Position numbers and translations under genes: made by a program
Part shown: positions 26,001-38,000 of the stretch, one piece after another
How positions within the stretch are numbered: position 1 is the first letter of the stretch
How the letters are laid out: each line of letters starts with the position of its first letter
NCBI GenBank assembly: GCA_964016885.1
Contig: OZ024743.1
Coordinates: 82,088,001 to 82,152,000, forward strand
Source of the DNA: Eledone cirrhosa
Taxonomy: Eukaryota
Length of the DNA: 64,000 nt
Reading direction: 5' to 3'
The notes under the pieces: generated by a model
What the model was told of the DNA's origin: nothing
The model's database searches: none
Seen by the model: the letters and a program-made list of their open reading frames with translations, nothing else

Positions 26001-29000
26001 TCAGGTTGGGTTACTGGAGTTATAGTGCTGTAGTGGTCCTGGGTCAGGTTAGGTTACTGGAGTTATATTGCTGTAGTGGTCCTGGGTCAGGTTAGGTTAC
26101 TGGAGTTATAGTGCTGTAGTGGTCCTGGGTCAGGTCGGGTTACTGGAGTTCTAGTGTTTTAGTGGTCCTGGGTCAGGTTGGGTTACTAGAGTTCTAGTGC
26201 TGTAGTGGTCCTGGGTCAGATTAGGTGACTGGAGTTATAGTGCTGTAGTGGTCCTGGGTCAGGTTATGTTACTGGAGTTATAGTGCTGTAGTGGTCCTGG
26301 GTCAGGTTAGGTTACTGGAGTTCTAGTGGTGTAGTGGTCCTGGGTCAGGTTAGGTTACTGGAGTTCTAGTGCTGTAGTGGTCCTGGGTCAGGTTAGGTTA
26401 CTGGAGTTATAGGGCTGTAGTGGTCCTGGGTCAGGTTAGGTTACTGGAGTTCTAGTGTTGTAGTGGTCCTGGGTCAGGTTAGGTTACTGGAGTTATAGTG
26501 CTGTAGTGGTCCTGGGTCAGGTTGGGTTACTGGAGTTATAGTGTTGTAGTGGTCCTCTGTCAGGTTAGGTTACTGGAGTTATAGTGCTGTAGTGGTCCTG
26601 GGTCAGGTTGGGTTACTGGAGTTATAATGCTGTAGTGGTCCTGGGTTAGGTTAGGTTACTGGAGTTATAGTGCTGTAGTGGTCCTGGCTCAGGTTAGGTT
26701 ACTGGAGTTGTAGTGCTGTAGTGGTCCTGGGTCAGTTGGGTTACTGGAGTTATAGTGTTGTAGTGGTCCTGGGTCAGGTCGGGTTACTGGAGTTCTAGTG
26801 CTGTAGTGGTCCTGGGTCAGGTTAGGTTACTGGAGTTATAGTGTTGTAGTGGTTCTGGGTCAGGTCGGGTTACTGGAGTTATAGTGCTGTGGTGGTCCTG
26901 GGTCAGGTTAGGTTACTGGAGTTATAGTGCTGTAGTGGTCCTGGGTCAGGTTGGGTTACTGGAGTTATAGTGTTGTAGTGGTCCTGGGTCAGGTTGGGTT
27001 ACTGGAGTTATAGTGCTGTAGTGGTCCTGGGTCAGGTTGGGTTACTGGAGTTATAGTGTTGTAGTGGTCCTGGGTCAGGTCGGGTTACTGGAGTTCTAGT
27101 GTTGTAGTGGTCCTGGGTCAGGTTAGGTTACAGGAGTTCTAGTGCTGTAGTGGTCCTGGGTCAGGTTGGGTTACTGGAGTTATAGTGCTGTAGTGGTCCT
27201 GGGTCAGGACGGGTTACTGGAGTTCTAGTGCTGTAGTGGCCCTGGGTCAGGTTAGGTTACTGGAATTCTAGTGCTGTAGTGGTCCTGGGTCAGGTTGGGT
27301 TCCTGGAGTTATAGTGCTGTAGTGGTCCTGAGTCAGGTTGGGTTACTGGAGTTATAGTGCTGTAGTGGCCCTGGGTCAGGTTAAGTTACTGGAATTCTAG
27401 TGCTGTAGTGGTCCTGGGTCAGGTTATGTTGCTGGAGTTATAGTGCTGTAGTGGTCCTGGGTCAGGTTGGGTTACTGGAGTTATAGTGCTGTAGTGGTCC
27501 TGGGTCAGGTTAGGTTAGTGGGGTTCTAGTGTTGTAGTTGTCCTGAGTCAGGTTAGGTTACTAGAGTTCTAGTGCTGTAGTGGTCCTGGGTAAGGTTGGG
27601 TTACTGGAGTTATAGTGCTATAGTGGTCCTGGGTCAGGTTAGGTTAGTGGGGTTCTAGTGTTGTAGTGGTCCTGGGTCAGGTTAGGTTACTGGTGTTCTA
27701 GTGCTGTAGTGGTCCTGGGTCAGGTTGGGTTACTGGAGTTCTAGTGCTGTAGAGGTCCTGGTTCAGGTTGGGTTACTGGAGTTATAGTGCTGTAGTGATC
27801 CTGGGTCAGGTTAGGTTACTGGAGTTCTAGTGCTGTAGTAGTCCTGGGCCAGGTTAGGTTACTGGAGTTATAGTGCTGTAGTGGTCCTGTGTCAGGTTAG
27901 GTTACTGGAGTTATAGTGCTGTAGTGGTCCTGGGTCAGGTTAGGTTACTGGAGTTCTAGTGCTGTAGTGGTCCTGGGTCAGGTTAGGTTACTTGAGTTAT
28001 AGTGCTGTCGTGGTCCTGGGTCAGGTTAGGTTACTGGAGTTATAGTGCTGTAGTGGTCATGGGTCAGATTAGGTTACTGGAGTTCTAGTGTTGTAGTGGT
28101 CCTGGGTCAGGTCGGGTTACTGGAGTTCTAGTGTTGTAGTGGTCCTGGGTCAGGACGGGTTACTGGAGTTCTAGTGCTGTAGTGGTCCTGGGTCAGGTTG
28201 GGTTACTGGAGTTATAGTGCTGTAGTGGTCCTGGGTCAGGTTGGGTTACTGGAGTTATAGTGTTGTAGTGGTCCTGGGTCAGGTTGGATTACTGGAGTTA
28301 TAGTGCTGTAGTGGTCCTGGCTCAGGTTAGGTTACTGGAGTTCTAGTGTTGTAGTGGTCCTGGGTCAGGTTGGGTTACTGGAGTTCTAGTGATGTAGTGG
28401 TCCTGGGTCAGGTTAGGTTACTGGAGTTATAATGCTGTAGTTGTCCTGGGTCAGGTTGGGTTACTGGAGTTATAGTGTTGTAGTGGTCCTGGGTCTGGTT
28501 GGGTTACTGGAGTTATAGTGCTGTAGTGGTCCTGGGTCAGGTTAGGTTACAGGAGTTCTAGTGCTGTAGTGGTCCTGGGTCAGGTTGGGTTACTGGAGTT
28601 ATAGTGTTGTAGTGGTCCTGGGTCAGGTTGGGTTATTGGAGTTATAGTGCTGTAGTGGTCCTGGGTCAGGACGGGTTACTGGAGTTCTAGTGCTGTAGTG
28701 GTCCTGGGTCAGGTTAGGTTACTGGAGTTCTAGTGTTGTAGTGGTCCTGGGTCAGGTCGGGTTACTGGAGTTCTAGTGTTGTAGTGGTCCTGGGTCAGGT
28801 TGGGTTACTGGAGTTCTAGTGTTGTAGTGGTCCTGGGTCAGGTTGGGTTACTGGAGTTATAGTGTTGTAGTGGTCCTGGGTCAGGTTGGGTTACTGGAGT
28901 TATAGTGCTGTAGTGGTCCTGGGTCAGGTTAGGTTATTAGAGTTCTAGTGCTGTAGTGGTCCTGGGTCAGGTTGGGTTACTGGAGTTATAGTGTTGTAGT

Positions 29001-32000
29001 GGTCCAGGGTCAGGTCGGGTTACTGGAATTCTAGTGTTGTAGTGGTCCTGGGTCAGGTTAGGTTACTGGAGTTCTAGTGCTGTAGTGGTCCTGGGTCAGG
29101 TTGGGTTACTGGAGTTATAGTGTTGTAGTGGTCCTGGGTCAGGTTGGGTTACTGGAGTTATAGTGCTGTAGTGGTCCTGGGTCAGGACGGGTTACTGGAG
29201 TTCTAGTGCTGTAGTGGTCCTGGGTCAGGTTAGGTTACTGGAGTTCTAGTGTTGTAGTGGTCCTGGGTCAGGTCGGGTTACTGGAGTTCTAGTGTTGTAG
29301 TGGTCCTGGGTCAGGTTGGGTTACTGGAGTTATAGTGTTGTAGTGGTCCTGGGTCAGGTTGGGTTACTGGAGTTATAGTGTTGTAGTGGTCCTGGGTCAG
29401 GTTGGGTTACTGGAGTTATAGTGCTGTAGTGGTCCTGGGTCAGGTTAGGTTATTAGAGTTCTAGTGCTGTAGTGGTCCTGGGTCAGGTTGGGTTACTGGA
29501 GTTATAGTGTTGTAGTGGTCCTGGGTCAGGTTGGGTTACTGGAGTTATAGTGTTGTAGTGGTCCTGGGTCAGGTTGGGTTACTGGAGTTATAGTGCTGTA
29601 GTGGTCCTGGGTTAGGTTAGGTTACTGGAGTTATAGTGTTGTAGTGGTCCTGGGTCAGGTCGGGTTACTGGAATTATAGTGTTGTAGTGGTCCTGGGTCA
29701 GGTCGGGTTACTGGAGTTCTAGTGCTGTAGTGGTCCTGGGTCAGGTTAGGTTACTAGAGTTCTAGTGCTGTAGTGGTCCTGGGTCAGGTTAGGTTACTGG
29801 AGTTCTAGTGTTGTAGTGGTCCTGGGTCAGGTTAGGTTACTAGAGTTCTAGTGCTGTAGTGGTCCTGGGTCAGGTTGGGTTACTGGAGTTCTAGTGCTGT
29901 AGTGGTCCAGGGTCAGGTTGGGTTACTGGAGTTCTAGTGCTGTAGTGGTCCTGGGTCAGGTTAGGTTACTGGAGTTCTAGTGCTGTAGTGGTCCTGGGTC
30001 AGGTTAGGTTACTGGAGTTCTAGTGTTGTAGTGGTCCTGGGTCAGGTTGGGTTACTGGAGTTCTAGTGCTATAGTGGTCCTGGGTCAGGTTAGGTTACTG
30101 GAGTTATAGTGTTGTAGTGGTCCTGTGTCAGGTCGGGTTACTGGAGTTATAGTGTTGTAGTGGTCCTGGGTCAGGTTGGGTTACTGGGGTTCTAGTGTTG
30201 TAGTGGTCCTGGGTCAGGTTGGGTTACTGGAGTTCTAGTGTTGTAGTGGTCCTGGGTCAGGTTGGGTTACTGGAGTTCTAGTGCTGTAGTGGTCCTGGGT
30301 CAGGTTGGGTTACTGGAGTTCTAGTGCTGTAGTGGTCCTGGGTCAGGTTAGGTTACTGGAGTTCTAGTGCTGCAGTGGTCCTGGGTCAGGTTAGGTTACT
30401 GGAGTTCTAGTGCTGTAGTGGTCCTGGGTCAGGTTGGGTTACTGGTGTTCTAGTGCTGTAGTGGTCCTGGGTCAGGTTGGGTTACTGGGGTTCTAGTGAT
30501 GTAGTGGTCCTGGGTCAGGTTGGGTTACTGGAGTTCTAGTGTTGTATTGGTCCTGGGTCAGGTTGGGTTACTGGAGTTCTAGTGTTGTAGTGGTCCTGGG
30601 TCAGGTTGGGTTACTGGAGTTCTAGTGCTGTAGTGGTCCTGGGTCAGGTTAGGTTACTGGAGTTCTAGTGTTGTAGTGGTCCTGGGTCAGGTTGGGTTAC
30701 TGGTGTTCTAGTGCTGTAGTGGTCCTGGGTCAGGTTGGGTTACTGGAGTTCTAGTGATGTAGTGGTACTGGGTCAGGTTGGGTTACTGGAGTTCTAGTGT
30801 TGTAGTGGTCCTGGGTCAGGTTGGGTTACTGGAGTTCTAGTGTTGTAGTGGTCCTGGGTCAGGTTGGGTTACTGGAGTTATAGTGCTGTAGTGGTCCTGG
30901 GTCAGGTTGGGTTACTGGAGTTATAGTGTTGTAGTGGTACTGGGTCAGGTTGGATTACTGGAGTTATAGTGCTGTAGTGGTCCTGGCTCAGCTTAGGTTA
31001 CTGGAGTTCTAGTGTTGTAGTGGTCCTGGGTCAGGTTGGGTTACTGGAGTTCTAGTGATGTAGTGGTCCTGGGTCAGGTTAGGTTACAGGAGTTATAGTG
31101 CTGTAGTGGTCCTGGGTCAGGTTGGGTTACTGGAGTTATAGTGCTGTAGTGGTCCTGGGTCAGGTTAGGTTACTGGAGTTATAATGCTGTAGTTGTCCTG
31201 GGTCAGGTTGGGTTACTGGAGTTATAGTGTTGTAGTTGTCCAGGGTCAGGTTGGGTTACTGGAGTTATAGTGCTGTAGTGGTCCTGGGTCAGGTTAGGTT
31301 ATTAGAGTTCTAGTGCTGTAGTGGTCCTGGGTCAGGTTGGGTTACTGGAGTTATAGTGTTGTAGTGGTCCTGGGTCAGGTCGGGTTACTGGAGTTATAGT
31401 GTTGTAGTGGTCCTCGGTCAGGTTAGGTTACTGGAGTTCTAGTGCTGTAGTGGTCCTGGGTCAGGTTGGGTTACTGGAGTTATAGTGCTGTAGTGGTCCT
31501 GGGTCAGGACGGGTTACTGGAGATCTAGTGTTGTAGTGGTCCTGGGTCAGGTTAGGTTACTGGAGTTCTAGTGTTGTAGTGGTCCTGGGTCAGGTCGGGT
31601 TACTGGAGTTCTAGTGTTGTAGTGGTCCTGGGTCAGGTTGGGTTACTGGAGTTCTAGTGTTGTAGTGGTCCTGGGTCAGGTTGGGTTACTGGAGTTATAG
31701 TGTTGTAGTGGTCCTGGGTCAGGTTGGGTTACTGGAGTTATAGTGCTGTAGTGGTCCTGGGTCAGGTTAGGTTATTAGAGTTCTAGTGTTGTAGTGGTCC
31801 TGGGTCAGGTTGGGTTACTGGAGTTCTAGTGTTGTAGTGGTCCTGGGTCAGGTTGGGTTACTGGAGTTATAGTGTTGTAGTGGTCCTGGGTCAGGTCGGG
31901 TTACTGGAGTTCTAGTGTTGTAGTGGTCCTGGGTCAGGTTAGGTTATTAGAGTTCTAGTGCTGTAGTGGTCCTGGGTCAGGTCGGGTTACTGGAGTTCTA

Positions 32001-35000
32001 GTGTTGTAGTGGTCCTGGGTCAGGTTGGGTTACTGGAGTTCTAGTGTTGTAGTGGTCCTGGGTCAGGTTGGGTTACTGGAGTTATAGTGCTGTAGTGGTC
32101 CTGGGTCAGGTTAGGTTATTAGAGTTCTAGTGCTGTAGTGGTCCTGGGTCAGGTTGGGTTACTGGAGTTAAAGTGTTGTAGTGGTCCTGGGTCAAGTTGG
32201 GTTACAGGAGTTATAGTGCTGTAGTGGTCCTGGGTCAGGTTGGGTTACTGGAGTTATAGTGTTGTAGTGGTCCTGGGTCAGGTTGGGTTACTGGAGTTAT
32301 AGTGTTGTAGTGGTACTGGGTCAGGTTGGGTTACTGGAGTTATAGTGTTGTAGTGGTACTGGGTCAGGTTGGGTTACTGGAGTTATAGTGTTGTAGTGGT
32401 CCTGGGTCAGGTTGGGTTACTGGAGTTATAGTGTTGTAGTGGTACTGGGTCAGGATGGATTACTGGAGTTATAGTGCTGTAGTGGTCCTGGCTCAGGTTA
32501 GGTTACAGGAATTATAGTGCTGTAGTGGTCCTGGGTCAGGTTGGGTTACTGGAGTTATAGTGCTGTAGTGGTCCTGGGTCAGGTTAGGTTACTGGAGTTA
32601 TAATGCTGTAGTTGTCCTGGGTCAGGTTAGGTTACTGGAGTTATAGTGCTGTAGTTGTCCTGGGTCAGGTTAGGTTACTGGAGTTATAGTGCTGTAGTGG
32701 TCCTGGGTCAGGTCGGGTTACTGGAGTTCTAGTGTTTTAGTGGTCCTGGGTCAGGTTGGGTTACTAGAGTTCTAGTGCTGTAGTGGTCCTGGGTCAGATT
32801 AGGTGACTGGAGTTATAGTGCTGTAGTGGTCCTGGGTCAGGTTATGTTACTGGAGTTATAGTGCTGTAGTGGTCCTGGGTCAGGTTAGGTTACTGGAGTT
32901 CTAGTGGTGTAGTGGTCCTGGGTCAGGTTAGGTTACTGGAGTTCTAGTGCTGTAGTGGTCCTGGGTCAGGTTAGGTTACTGGAGTTATAGGGCTGTAGTG
33001 GTCCTGGGTCAGGTTAGGTTACTGGAGTTCTAGTGTTGTAGTGGTCCTGGGTCAGGTTAGGTTACTGGAGTTATAGTGCTGTAGTGGTCCTGGGTCAGGT
33101 TGGGTTACTGGAGTTATAGTGTTGTAGTGGTCCTCTGTCAGGTTAGGTTACTGGAGTTATAGTGCTGTAGTGGTCCTGGGTCAGGTTAGGTTACTGGAGT
33201 TATAGTGCTGTAGTGGTCCTGGGTCAGGTTAGGTTACTGGAGTTGTAGTGCTGTAGTGGTCCTGGGTCAGTTGGGTTACTGGAGTTATAGTGTTGTAGTG
33301 GTCCTGGGTCAGGTCGGGTTACTGGAGTTCTAGTGCTGTAGTGGTCCTGGGTCAGGTTAGGTTACTGGAGTTATAGTGTTGTAGTGGTTCTGGGTCAGGT
33401 CGGGTTACTGGAGTTATAGTGCTGTGGTGGTCCTGGGTCAGGTTAGGTTACTGGAGTTATAGTGCTGTAGTGGTCCTGGGTCAGGTTGGGTTACTGGAGT
33501 TATAGTGTTGTAGTGGTCCTGGGTCAGGTTGGGTTACTGGAGTTATAGTGTTGTAGTGGTCCTGGGTCAGGTCGGGTTACTGGAGTTCTAGTGTTGTAGT
33601 GGTCCTGGGTCAGGTTAGGTTACAGGAGTTCTAGTGCTGTAGTGGTCCTGGGTCAGGTTGGGTTACTGGAGTTATAGTGCTGTAGTGGTCCTGGGTCAGG
33701 ACGGGTTACTGGAGTTCTAGTGCTGTAGTGGCCCTGGGTCAGGTTAGGTTACTGGAATTCTAGTGCTGTAGTGGTCCTGGGTCAGGTTGGGTTCCTGGAG
33801 TTATAGTGCTGTAGTGGTCCTGAGTCAGGTTGGGTTACTGGAGTTATAGTGCTGTAGTGGCCCTGGGTCAGGTTAAGTTACTGGAATTCTAGTGCTGTAG
33901 TGGTCCTGGGTCAGGTTATGTTGCTGGAGTTATAGTGCTGTAGTGGTCCTGGGTCAGGTTGGGTTACTGGAGTTATAGTGCTGTAGTGGTCCTGGGTCAG
34001 GTTAGGTTAGTGGGGTTCTAGTGTTGTAGTTGTCCTGAGTCAGGTTAGGTTACTAGAGTTCTAGTGCTGTAGTGGTCCTGGGTAAGGTTGGGTTACTGGA
34101 GTTATAGTGCTATAGTGGTCCTGGGTCAGGTTAGGTTAGTGGGGTTCTAGTGTTGTAGTGGTCCTGGGTCAGGTTAGGTTACTGGTGTTCTAGTGCTGTA
34201 GTGGTCCTGGGTCAGGTTGGGTTACTGGAGTTCTAGTGCTGTAGAGGTCCTGGTTCAGGTTGGGTTACTGGAGTTATAGTGCTGTAGTGATCCTGGGTCA
34301 GGTTAGGTTACTGGAGTTCTAGTGCTGTAGTAGTCCTGGGCCAGGTTAGGTTACTGGAGTTATAGTGCTGTAGTGGTCCTGTGTCAGGTTAGGTTACTGG
34401 AGTTATAGTGCTGTAGTGGTCCTGGGTCAGGTTAGGTTACTGGAGTTCTAGTGCTGTAGTGGTCCTGGGTCAGGTTAGGTTACTTGAGTTATAGTGCTGT
34501 CGTGGTCCTGGGTCAGGTTAGGTTACTGGAGTTATAGTGCTGTAGTGGTCATGGGTCAGATTAGGTTACTGGAGTTATAGTGCTGTAGTGGTCCTGGGTC
34601 AGGTTAGGTTACTGGAGTTCTAGTGCTGTAGTGGTCCTGGGTCAGGTTAGGTTACTGGAGTTCTAGTGCTGTAGTGGCCCTGGCTCAGGTTAGGTTACTG
34701 GAGTTATAGTGTTGTAGTGGTCCTGGGTCAGGTTAGGTTACTGGAGTTCTAGTGCTGTAGTGGTCCTGGGTCAGGTTGGGTTACTGGAGTTATAGTGTTG
34801 TAGTGGTCCTGGGTCAGGTCGGGTTACTGGAGTTCTAGAGCTGTATTGGTCCTGGGTCAGGTTAGGTTACTAGAGTTCTAGTGCTGTAGTGGTTCTGGGT
34901 CAGGTTAGGTTACTGGAGTTCTAGTGCTGTAGTGGTCCTGGGTCAGGTTAGGTTACTAGAGTTCTAGTGCTGTAGTGGTCCTGGGTCAGGTTAGGTTACT

Positions 35001-38000
35001 GGAGTTATAGTGCTGTAGTGGTCCTGGGTCAGGTTAGGTTACTGGAGTTCTAGTGCTGTAGTGGTCCTGGGTCAGGTTGGGTTACTGGAGTTATAGTGTT
35101 GTAGTGGTGCTGGGTCAGGTTGGGTTACTGGAGTTATAGTGCTCTAGTGGTCCTGGGTCAGGTTGGGTTACTGGAGTTCTAGTGCTGCAGTGGTCCTGGG
35201 TCAGGTTAGGTTACTAGAGTTCTAGTGCTGTAGTGGTCCTGGGTCAGGTTAGGTTACTGGAGTTATAGTGCTGTAGAGGTCCTGGGTCAGGTTAGGTTAC
35301 TGGAGTTCTAGTGCTGTAGTGGTCCTGGGTCAGGTTAGGTTACTGGAGTTCTAGTGTTGTTGAGGTCCTGGGTCAGGTTAGGTTACTGGAGTTCTAGTGC
35401 TGTAGTGGCCCTGGGTCAGGTTAGGTTACATGTGTTATAGTGTTGTAGTGGTCCTGGGTCAGGTTAGGTTACTGGAGTTATAGTGCTGTAGTGGTCCTGA
35501 GTCATGTTAGGTTACTGGAGTTATAGTGCTGTAGTGGTCCTGGGTCAGGTTAGGTTACTGGAGTTATAGTGCTGTAGTGGTCCTGGGTCAGGTTAGGTTA
35601 CTGGAGTTATAGTGCTCTAGTGGTCCTGGGTCAGGTTAGGTTACTGGAGTTATAGTGCTGTAGTGGTCCTGGGTCAGGTTAGGTTACTGGAGTTCTAGTG
35701 CTGTAGTGGTCCTGGGTCAGGTTAGGTTACTGGAGTTATAGTGCTGTAGTGGTCCTGGGTCAGGTTAGGTTACTGGAGTTATAGTGCTGTAGTGGTCCTG
35801 GGTCAGGTTACGTTACTGGAGTTATAGTGCTGTAGTGGTCCTGGCTCAGGTTAGGTGACTGGAGTTCTAGTGCTGTAGTGGTCCTGGGTCAGGTTGGGTT
35901 ACTGGAGTTCTAGTGTTGTAGTGGTCCTGGGTCAGGTCGGGTTACTGGAGTTCTAGTGCTGTAGTGGTCCTGGGTCAGGTTAGGTTACTGGAGTTATAGT
36001 GTTGTAGTGGTCCTGGGTCAGGTCGGGTTACTGGAGTTCTAGTGCTGTAGTGGTCCTGGGTCAGGTTAGGTTACTGGAGTTATAGTGCTGTAGTAGCCGT
36101 GGCACAGGTTAGGTTACTGGAGATCTAGTGTTGTAGTGGTCCTGGGTCAGGTTAGGTTACTGGAGTTCTAGTGCTGTAGTGGTCCTGGGTCAGGTTGGGT
36201 TACTGGAGTTATAGTGTTGTAGTGGTCCTGGGTCAGGTTAGGTTACTGGAGTTCTAGTGCTGTAGTGGTTCTAGGTCAGGTTAGGTTACTAGAGTTCTAG
36301 TGCTGTAGTGGTCCTGGGTCAGGTTGGGTTACTGGAGTTATAGTGTTGTAGTGGTCCTGGGTCAGGTTAGGTTACTGGAGTTCTAGTGCTGTAGTGGTCC
36401 TGGGTCAGGTTGGGTTACTGGAGTTATAGTGTTGTAGTGGTCCTGGGTCAGGTCGGGTTACTGGAGTTCTAGTGCTGTAGTGGTCCTGGGTCAGGTTAGG
36501 TTACTAGAGTTCTAGTGCTGTAGTGGTCCTGGGTCAGGTTAGGTTACTGTAGTTATAGTGCTGTAGTGGTCCTGGGTCAGGTTAGGTTACTGGAGTTCTA
36601 GTGCTGTAGTGGTCCTTGGTCAGGTTGGGTTACGGGAGTTCTAGTGCTGTAGTAGTGCTGGGTCAGGTTGGGTTACCGGAGTTATAGTGTTGTAGTGATC
36701 CTGGGTCAGGTCATGTTACTGGAGTTCTAGTGCTGTAGTGGTCCTGGGTCAGGTTAGGTTACTAGAGTTCTAGTGCTGTAGTGGTCCTGGGTCAGGTTAG
36801 GTTACTGGAGTTATAGTGCTGTAGTGGTCCTGGGTCAGGTTAGGTTACTGGAGTTCTAGTGCTGTAGTGGTCCTGGGTCTGGTTGGGTTACTGGAGTTAT
36901 AGTGTTGTAGTGGTGCTGGGTCAGGTTGGGTTACTGGAGTTATAGTGCTGTAGTGGTCCTGGGTCAGGTCGGGTTACTGGAGTTCTAGTGCTGCAGTGGT
37001 CCTGGGTCAGGTTGGGTTACTAGAGTTCTAGTGCTGTAGTGGTCCTGGGTCAGGTTAGGTTACTGGAGTTATAGTGCTGTAGAGGTCCTGGGTCAGGTTA
37101 GGTTACTGGAGATCTAGTGCTGTAGTGGTCCTGGGTCAGGTTAGGTTACTGGAGTTCTAGTGTTGTTGAGGTCCTGGGTCAGGTTAGGTTACTGGAGTTC
37201 TAGTGCTGTAGTGGCCCTGGGTCAGGTTAGCTTACTGGTGTTATAGTGTTGTAGTGGTCCTGGGTCAGGTTAGGTTACTGGAGTTATAGTGCTGTAGTGG
37301 TCCTGAGTCATGTTAGGTTACTGGAGTTATAGTGCTGTAGTTGTCCTGGGTCAGGTTATGTTACTGGAGTTATAGTGCTGTAGTGGTCCTGGGTCAGGTT
37401 AGGTTACTGGAGTTATAGTGCTCTAGTGGTCCTGGGTCAGGTTAGGTTACTGGAGTTATAGTGCTGTAGTGGTCCTGGGTCAGGTTAGGTTACTGGAGTT
37501 CTAGTGCTGTAGTGGTCCTGGGTCAGGTTAGGTTACTGGAGTTATAGTGCTGTAGTGGTCCTGGGTCAGGTTAGGTTACTGGAGTTATAGTGCTGTAGTG
37601 GTCCTGGGTCAGGTTACGTTACTGGAGTTATAGTGCTGTAGTGGTCCTGGCTCAGGTTAGGTGACTGGAGTTCTAGTGCTGTAGTGGTCCTGGGTCAGGT
37701 TGGGTTACTGGAGTTCTAGTGTTGTAGTGGTCCTGGGTCAGGTCGGGTTACTGGAGTTCTAGTGCTGTAGTGGTCCTGGGTCAGGTTAGGTTACTGGAGT
37801 TATAGTGTTGTAGTGGTCCTGGGTCAGCTCGGGTTACTGGAGTTCTAGTGCTGTAGTGGTCCTGGGTCAGGTTAGGTTACTGGAGTTATAGTGCTGTAGT
37901 GGTGCTTGCTCAGGTTAGGTTACTGGAGTTATAGTGCTGTAGTGGTCCTGGGTCAGGTTAGGTTACTGGAGTTCTAGTGCTGTAGTGGTCCTGGGTCAGG

